NCBI GenBank assembly: GCA_051294375.1
Contig: CM119264.1
Coordinates: 10,825,832 to 10,889,831, forward strand
From: Paraspadella gotoi
Taxonomy: Eukaryota > Animalia > Chaetognatha
Direction: 5' to 3'
Length of the DNA stretch: 64,000 bases
The notes under the pieces were generated by a model. It saw nothing but the letters and a program-made list of their open reading frames with translations. It ran no database searches and had not been told where the DNA came from. This document shows positions 56,225-64,000 of this stretch, piece after piece (the first letter of the stretch is position 1; the number at the start of each line of letters is the position of its first letter). Position numbers and translations under genes: made by a program.

Positions 56225-59043
56225 CCTAAACTTTTTCCCAGATTCACCTTTGTTCATTGAAGTCGGTTGAAATGCTCTTCTTTCTTTATGGCACTAACGA
56301 TTGGATGAAGCCTTTGTACTGTAGTTTGTGGCCTTTCGCTGGCACCGAGAAGAAACACCACCAACGAGCGTCGTCTCGCTCACTCGCGTCAAACCTTCGA
56401 GTCGGCACGCGAATTCCTTACCTCCACGTTACCTGCTTCTATATTTGCTCTCCACTTACCCTTGACGTCACTGGAGCTGTCGAAAAGGTGATTTGAACTC
56501 GCAAAGATGACTGAAATCTTCTCTTTTTCTTCCTTTTCCTTCTCGCGAGGATAAGCCNNNNNNNNNNNNNNNNNNNNNNNNNAGAGAGAGATTCTGAAGA
56601 CGAGTGAAAAACTCGATGCTACCGTTTTCAATAAGTCTCGTGTTGTTGTTGTTGTTGTTGCGCTCGTCTGGGTGACATTTCCCCGTCGCGGTCTCGTTCG
56701 TTCAAGACGAGCCGGTTGCCAGCCTTCGGCCCGCTTCGTTTATCAGAGGGCGCCGAGGCAGCTGTCGCCTTATCCGGGGCGATTGTCTGTATAAGATGAG
56801 AGGAGAAACGGGGGAGAAAGAATTGTAAATTGAAAACAAGTATCAACTTCAAGTTATTTGGAGACCGAAAAGAAAATTGAATTGACTTTATCAGACTTTG
56901 AAAGACCTAATTCGTAAAAATAAAATGCTTAATAAGCACGTAATTATTACAGTGCTCAGAATTTCTAAGGATTCGAAGAAGCAGAAAAAAAATCAACCTT
57001 GGACCTTCACTTGGGTTCCTCGACGAACCGAGGAAGATCCGCCATTTTCCCCATATCCCAAGATTGGGTATAGCAGCGAGACACTTTCGTTTAAATCGCG
57101 CGCGGGAGGATCGTCCGCGGAAGACTGGGTTCACGCGCTGAAAGACCCATTTCCGTCGATTGGGCGAAGACACTCTCCGTGGTTACTGTCAGTGGTCACA
57201 GACGGTCCGTCAAGTATCTCAATCGAAGTAGTAGTAGGGTCCGTATCAATGTACGGTCAGACAGCGACACTCGGACAATTTACTGGCTGCCCAGTATTGT
57301 TTTCTCATCTTATTTCTTTTATTGACATTATTGTCTCTCTTCCTCGCTTCACTTTCCGCGCTTCCTTCTTCCTTCCACCATCCCCAGTCCCCAGGTCCCG
57401 GCCGAGATCATCTAATGAATGTGTCTGAGGAACTCGTTTGTCATTTTTGCTTCCGCAATTCTCGGAGGCGACACTGCGTGGAAAGAGGGAAACCGGGAAT
57501 GAAAAGAAGGAGTTGAAGACAAAAGGGAAAGTCAAAAGAAAGTAAAAGATGAGTTAAGGGGTGAGGGCTAAGGTTGAGGTGGAAAAATGAGAGAAGAGAC
57601 GAACGAAAAATCAATGAAAAAAAAAGAGATCGACAACTCCGCGTGTCAAATATAAACGACGCGGAAAAAGGAAGAAACGCGACGATGAAATAAGGAGAAG
57701 AGCAAAAAAAAAATGAAATCGAAGGAAAGAAATGAAAGAGAAACAGAATTTTGCGGTTGAACGGATACGATTACTTCGGTTAACAATATTTTTATCAGTT
57801 TTTTCATTGGGCGTCCGATGTAAAAGTTCGATGGAAAGAATTGGCTGTGCATGAATGTTATGTGTTCATCGAGTACGACGCAAATGCAAGCTAAAAGCTG
57901 AAAGAGAAGTCCGCACCGAGGCAAAAAAAAAATATGTATTGATTTCAGCGCATCTGAATATTTTTATTTATTACCTGAGTCTTTACAGAAGTTATCCCTA
58001 AAAAATCTAAATGGCAAAATTGTTACAGGGCTATCGAGATACAGTAAAAAATACAGTGAATAAATTTTAAAAAATTCCATTACCCATAAATATTATTGGA
58101 AACTAAACTTTGCCATTGCGCTAAAAAGTCATTTGATCGATTTTTGTGCCGATTTCTGAATTTCTGGGCTGCGATTCTGTTTTGCACATTTATCTTTTTT
58201 TCAACTTTGAAAGGTACTTTTTTTTTCAAATTCATTTTTTTTTGTAAAAAAAAATAATTCTTCTTTAATAAGCCTTTTGAATCATAATAACCACATTATT
58301 AGTTATAAGCGTTTAAAAGCCTGAAGAAAAAATTATAATATTATATATATTTTATTAAAAAGATTATTTCTATTTACTGCAGATATGCAAATGAGATGAT
58401 TGCATTTTTAGCTTTTTAATAACGGAGCAATTTAGAAAACTTTAAGTAATCTAACGCATGATCTTGTAATGGAATAAAAAATAATATTTGATAAACTTTT
58501 AGGGTATACAAATAGATAATTTTAACTTATCAATATATAAAAAAAATTAATTCAATCAAGTGAGTAATTCCCCATCAAATCCATCAATCCCAAAAAGTTA
58601 ATTATTAGTAAAGCTTTAAAAAAAAAGAAAAAACCAGAAAAAAGACCTCCAAAAGGGTCAACACATTTGGATGTCATGGTAATAGGTTGAAATTAATTAA
58701 GAAAAGGAGAGAGATGAGAAGAGAATTTGAAATGAATGAGAAAGAATCTTTGGCAGAAATACCAAGTAAGAACATAATTAATCAATAAAAAAGGATGGAA
58801 AATCAAACCAAAAGATGAATAGTCCTCGTAATCCAATTAGGAAAAATCCGTACTAAATTTAAGAGCTTTCAGCATAACCAATGAATCAATCAAATCAGAT
58901 TATAAAATTAAATCAATCCAATCTCTTCTCTCTCTCTTCATCTTTTCTCTTCATCTCTCTTTTTTTGTTTGTGACTTTTTATTATCCTCTCTCTCTTTCT
59001 TCTTGTAGGTACATGCCATTTATATAGTTCACTATTAACAAAT

Positions 59044-60010
59044 TTATTAGTTTGGATCTGCTTTCAGCAGATCCCGACTCATTAATTCACTTTTGTCAGT
59101 CCGTTGGTCCGTCCCCTCATATTGTCTGGGATTCACTTATATACAATGTGCAACATTGAATTATGAGAAATTATGAAAGAAAAAAACGATCTTCGCGTCC
59201 CATCCATCGCGTCCGTCGCAGCGGTCGCTATCTTAACAAATAATCACCACATATTATCGGTGATTGGACTGGATGGATTGGAATGAAATATTTTGTGTGT
59301 GGGTAGGTGAAGTGTGTGATTGACTGGATATAAAGTTCTCTTGCATCTCTCTCGATTGGATTGATTGATTGATTGAATGACCAAATTGATGCTAATTGAC
59401 AGAAATATGCCAGTTGACCAAATTCTGCATAGTTGACCAATGATTATGCCAGTTTGAGTAAATTCTACAAGCTGACAAAATTATGCGCAGTGATAAATTA
59501 TGCCAGTTGATCCAAAATTAATGCCAGTGATAAACTATTATGCCAGTTGAGCCCAAGTTATGCCGGTTGACAAAATCATGTTAATTGAACGCAAATTATG
59601 TCAGTTGACCAATAATGTCAGTTGACCAAATTATGTCAGTTAACGGCAAATTATATCAGTTGACCAAATTAAGTACAGTTGACGCAAAGTTATGTCAGTT
59701 GACCAAATTATATCTAGTAAACAAATAAAGCTCATTGACTCAAAACAACGTCAGTCGATGAGAAATTATTTCATTTTAACAACAAATTATGTCAGCTAAC
59801 AAATTAAGTCAGTTGCAGATATGTCTTGACGAAATTATGGTCAGTTGAAACCAAATTATGAGTTTAAAAGTCTTAAACCAATTGTATTCAGTTGTACCAA
59901 ATTATGTCAGTTAACCAAATTAAGTCAGTTGCAATAATTTGCAGTTACCAAATTATGGCCACTTAATTATCGTAAGGCAGATCCGACCATTGTTTGCTCA
60001 AACCTTGTTT
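59044..60010 (+). mobile_element. HINE/DINE-1-like element of a second family, with an internal tandem array
   Basis: 5' hairpin GGATCTGCT-TTC-AGCAGATCC, TCACTTTTGTCAGTCCGTTGGTCCGTCC, 3' TAAGGCAGATCCGAC (inverted relative to the 5' end), end CCTTGTTT. Confidence 0.65.
59375..59960. repeat. 18-bp minisatellite, consensus GTTGACCAAATTATGTCA, roughly 30 degenerate units
   Basis: Head-to-tail units with no unique spacers, e.g. 59621-59710. Confidence 0.9.
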
Positions 60011-61280
60011 AATGAATAAGACATTCAGTTAAAGAAAAGTCAGTTCGTAATAGAAAAATATTTAAAAATTGGATTTGACCAATGATTATTGATGAATTAT
60101 ATTTTGCATAAAAAATGAAAATTTAAAAAAATGAAACAACATGCAGAGTTTGGTCTTCCAAAATAATTATCTCGCAATGCTATAGTTTTCATAGAAATAT
60201 CAAATTGTTGTGGCGATTCGTTTTCTTTTATTACTATTATAACAAAAAAATTCTTTTTTTTCAAACTAAAAAATTCATGTTATTAATAAATAAAAACATG
60301 ACACGCATGTCCTATCAAAGTTGTTTACGTATTTGTTGTTCTCAAATTAATCATGAATTATCATATAAAATATAGATTTACTGGAGCTACCAGTACCCGT
60401 ACCACAAATCCAGGTCTTCTTGTAAAAAGGATCATCAGTGGGCAAAAAAGTCAGGCTTATATGAAAAAATGATAAAAAAAAATGATTTTGATCCAAGGCT
60501 TCATTCATAATTCATCTGTTATTTGCATAAAAAAATAAATTAAAATATCGAAAACATAAATAAGATCAGATTTGCGCATAGATATGTATACCTCTCAATG
60601 ATTATTTCATCTGAGCAACAATGTTACGCGTTCTTAATTGTAAATGTATGAAACCGCATAAAAAATAATTATCGAAAAACTGGAAAATTTCAAAAAATTA
60701 TTAAAGAAAAATGTCCCTTCATCAAAAGTTGTGGGACAAATTTATTTTCAAATTTCTGAATGATCACAACAACAATAGATTTATCCATGGGACTACCTGC
60801 CATTTCGATTTTGTTCTCATCAAACAAGAAAAATAGTTTGCAAAAAAGTAAAATTAGACAAAAAGTAAAAATCTTTGTTCAGTTCAACTGGATAATAATT
60901 GATTATGAACAAAGCCTCTGATATCAAATGCGAAAAATAGGAAGTAGTCTGGCTCTAAAAAAATAATGAAGGTGAAGGCGCATTGTCCTCACATAAATAA
61001 ATCGGCTGTCATGAACATCGGACAGACTAATTCGAAACCATACTGTAAAAAATAGACTCACATCAAATATTTTTTCATATTGTTTCTATGTTCTGTCAAC
61101 GATTGGACTTGTGATCTTTCGACAGGAAAAGACGCTGCCTTCACATGTGATACTGAAACCTGCTAGACCCAAATGGGTACAGAAATGATAATTTGGTAAA
61201 CGGAGTTGTCTCTGAGATCAATATTAATTGGTGCACAAAGTACGAAACTCCCCTTTTTAGCTTATCTTGCATGCGAGGTT

Positions 61281-62126
61281 AACATAATTTTTAAGAATCA
61301 TTTTCAATCAGGGAACTTCAGAGATCGACCCGATCTTACGCGCTCACAGTGCCAGCGTTTCCGAATACGCGCCATTTGAAATAATTAGGAAACAAAAAAT
61401 AAACAAACTAGAGGAAGAAAAAACAAAAAACAAAGAACAGGCGGAAAAAGAAAATCGAATCGAATTCGATTTAAATCAATCACCTGAACACAAGGGAATT
61501 GGTCTGAGAAGGTCGAAAAGGGAGAAGGCGAGGATGGAAAAGATAAGAAAAAGGAGATGGCAGAAGAGATGATTACGCAGGTCATTAGAAGAGCCAAACT
61601 CGAAGTATTGAGTTTTAAAGATTAGAATAATTGTAGAAGTAGATGAATAATTAATAGACAATTTTTGTTATTAAGTTAGCCCCAAATATTCTCTCTCTCT
61701 CCTCTCCTCTCTCTCTCTGTTTCTCTCTCTCTGTTTCTCTCTCTCTCTGTTTCTCTCTCACTGCTCTCTCATCATCTCTTCTCTCTTCAGCTCATTCTCA
61801 TATCTACTCTCTCCTAGCCCACTGCTCATCTCTCTCCCGTCTCTGCTTCTCTCTCTCTTTCTTCTCTCTCTTTCTTTTTTCTTCGGCGGATATATTTTTC
61901 TGTCTTCGCAAGTTTGGCATAAAAATCAGATTGCATTTGCAGGCAAAGTCACGATATAGACTAAAATGCATGGCTTTAAATTCAGAATTCGATAAGAACC
62001 GCCGCTCATCCGAAAGCGAGTTGATGGGGCGCCATCGCGTTTTCTTTGTTAAAATAAATGCGTTATCGTTGAGTAAATCAAACGTCGGTCAATTGCATGG
62101 ATTGTTTTTGTCACAAGGAAGGGAGA

Positions 62127-62157
<31 letters not shown>

Positions 62158-62158
62158 G

Positions 62159-62222
<64 letters not shown>

Positions 62223-62666
62223 AGAGAGGAGAGAGATGAGAGAGAGAGCTTTGAGAGAGAGAGAGAGAGAGAGAGAGAATATTTGGGGCTAACTTAATAA
62301 CAAAAATTGTCTATAGTAATTAATTCATCTACTTCTAAATTCTTCTAATCTGCGTAATCATTCTCTTCTGCCATCTCCTTTTTCTTTATCTTTTCCATCC
62401 TCGCTTCCCTCTCATCCCTTCGACCTTCTCAGACCAATTCCCTTGTGTTCAGGTGATTTGATTAATCGAATTCGACCAAAAAACGAAAGAGTTCGTTTCT
62501 TTTTCCGCTGCTTCTTTGTTTTTTGTTTTTTTCTTCCTCCAGTTTGTTTATTTTTTTTTCCTAATTATTTCAAATGGCGCGTATCGGAAACGCTGGCACT
62601 GTGAGGCGTCAGATCGGGTCGATCTCTGAAGTTCCCTGAATTGAAAATGATTCTTAAAATCTATGT
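61281..62666. repeat. Inverted repeat, ~600-bp arms (61281-61880 and 62120-62666) including facing (CT)n/(GA)n tracts, ~240-bp spacer
   Basis: CAGGGAACTTCAGAGATCGACCCGATC versus GATCGGGTCGATCTCTGAAGTTCCCTG; CCCAAATATTCTCTC versus GAGAGAATATTTGGG. Confidence 0.9.
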
Positions 62667-64000
62667 ACTCGATTGAACATTCATTGCAAGCAATTCTTTC
62701 CAACGAACTTTTACATTCGGGACTCCCAATGAAAAAACTGTAAAAATATTTTTAACCGAAGTAAGACACAATGAAAAATGGCGTAACGTACTTGTTCCGT
62801 GCATAAAAAAAATCACCGTTCAATATTATTATATTTCTTTTTATTTTTTGAAACGTTATAGTTCATTTGGTGATATCTAAAATATCAAGCAAATCTTTTT
62901 TTGTTTTTTAGATATGACTGAATATAAGGTGAAAGATGATAATTTTTTTTTAAAAGTTACTTATTCATATTTATTCATAGAACTCTAATAGAAAAAAATT
63001 TAAAAAAATAATAGTACTAATAGTTAGAGTTATGTCTCAAATTGATGGAAAAAAAACCTCATTTAAAATTCGATCGGGAAGTGGGGTAACTAAGGCTTAC
63101 CAATGGCATCCTCCACACCCATTGTTCTCTTCAAATAATTTTTTTATTTAATCATATTGAAAGGAAAAAAAAAAAAATAGAATGCAGGTTTCAGAAAGGG
63201 TACAGATAATCTGGACTTATTGACATGATAACCATGACCTTTTATATCTTGTGAAATAGGGGCAGTAAAGAAATCTAAATATTTATATCATTAAGTCAGT
63301 CAATGAACCCTTTCCAATGGGCTATTACGAGAAATATTTTTCTTAATTAAAAATGATGATAAATATAGAATTAAATTCCTTGCTATATTTAAAAAAAATT
63401 ATCAATACAATTTAACACAATGATGTTTTGCTTTGTCAAATATGTTACCAGCTATATAATTTTTTACAACTTTATTATGATAAACAAGCAGTGTGTCAAG
63501 CTTTTAGTTTGCAGTTAAAGATAATGAAAAATGACAATTTTTTTTTCACAGACAAGAAGGTAGATGTCCAGACTGTTTATATCAAGCTGAAAACATTTTT
63601 GTATTTATCATTTTTAATATTTAAAAATGCATTTTATTAAGCTACAACATAAATTTTTGCTTGTTTTTTACTTTAACTGAAAAATATAAGCAATTTTATG
63701 GAATAAAAAAAAATTTAATAATAAACACAAATGTAATTCAGTCTTTTCTTTTTCAAATTACAAAAGAAAAAGAAAAAATTTTATATGCCTTCATTAAAAT
63801 TTTTAAAGCAAAAAACTGTTATACTTTTAACTCTGATTTAAACAAAAGCTGTGTAAAGATTTATGGATTTAATTTAATAAAACTCTTTTAGAAAGGTGTC
63901 CCATGATTAGGGCTTTAATTTGATACCACATCCACCTTGCTACCTCTTTTCTTTCAAAAGTTATTTAAAAAATAACTTTTTTTAAATTACGCAGTACAAA

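Noticed and set aside
56997-57330. Repeated in-frame TGA codons suggesting a selenoprotein or stop-codon reassignment (also at 2827 and 2350)
   Set aside because: The RPTP coding sequence has no internal TGA and ends in TGA. The affected regions are indel-rich, so frameshifts explain the stops.
59375-59960. CRISPR-like array
   Set aside because: Units are head-to-tail with no unique spacers, no cas genes are nearby, and the context is eukaryotic; it is a minisatellite.

Overview
Eukaryotic, most likely invertebrate metazoan, genomic DNA from a gap-filled long-read scaffold. It has AT-rich introns, CpG-rich exons, abundant (GA)n/(GAAA)n/(GAC)n microsatellites and several ~25-N placeholder gaps. 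The one well-supported gene is a 17-exon minus-strand receptor protein tyrosine phosphatase (19322-34452, ~2300 aa by my exon assembly, which needs one 1-nt correction in exon 3). Its cytoplasmic part is Ptp99A/PTPRG (R5)-type, with an intact D1 and a Cys->Asp D2. Its ectodomain is unusual: a long pre-signal leader, an (SG)8 microexon, mucin-like exons and ~10 FN3 repeats. Positions 1-16.4 kb are a tandem array with a fixed left junction, carrying a frameshifted single-pass membrane protein with two PPxY motifs. Mobile DNA comprises a solo LTR with a 5-bp TSD inside an inverted copy of the D1 exons, and several Helentron-associated (HINE/DINE-1-like) elements, one enclosing an 18-bp minisatellite. 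Several large duplications and fold-backs sit next to N-gaps and differ mainly by 1-nt indels, so they are probably assembly artefacts. I see no CRISPR array, rRNA or tRNA, and no convincing new multi-gene system.
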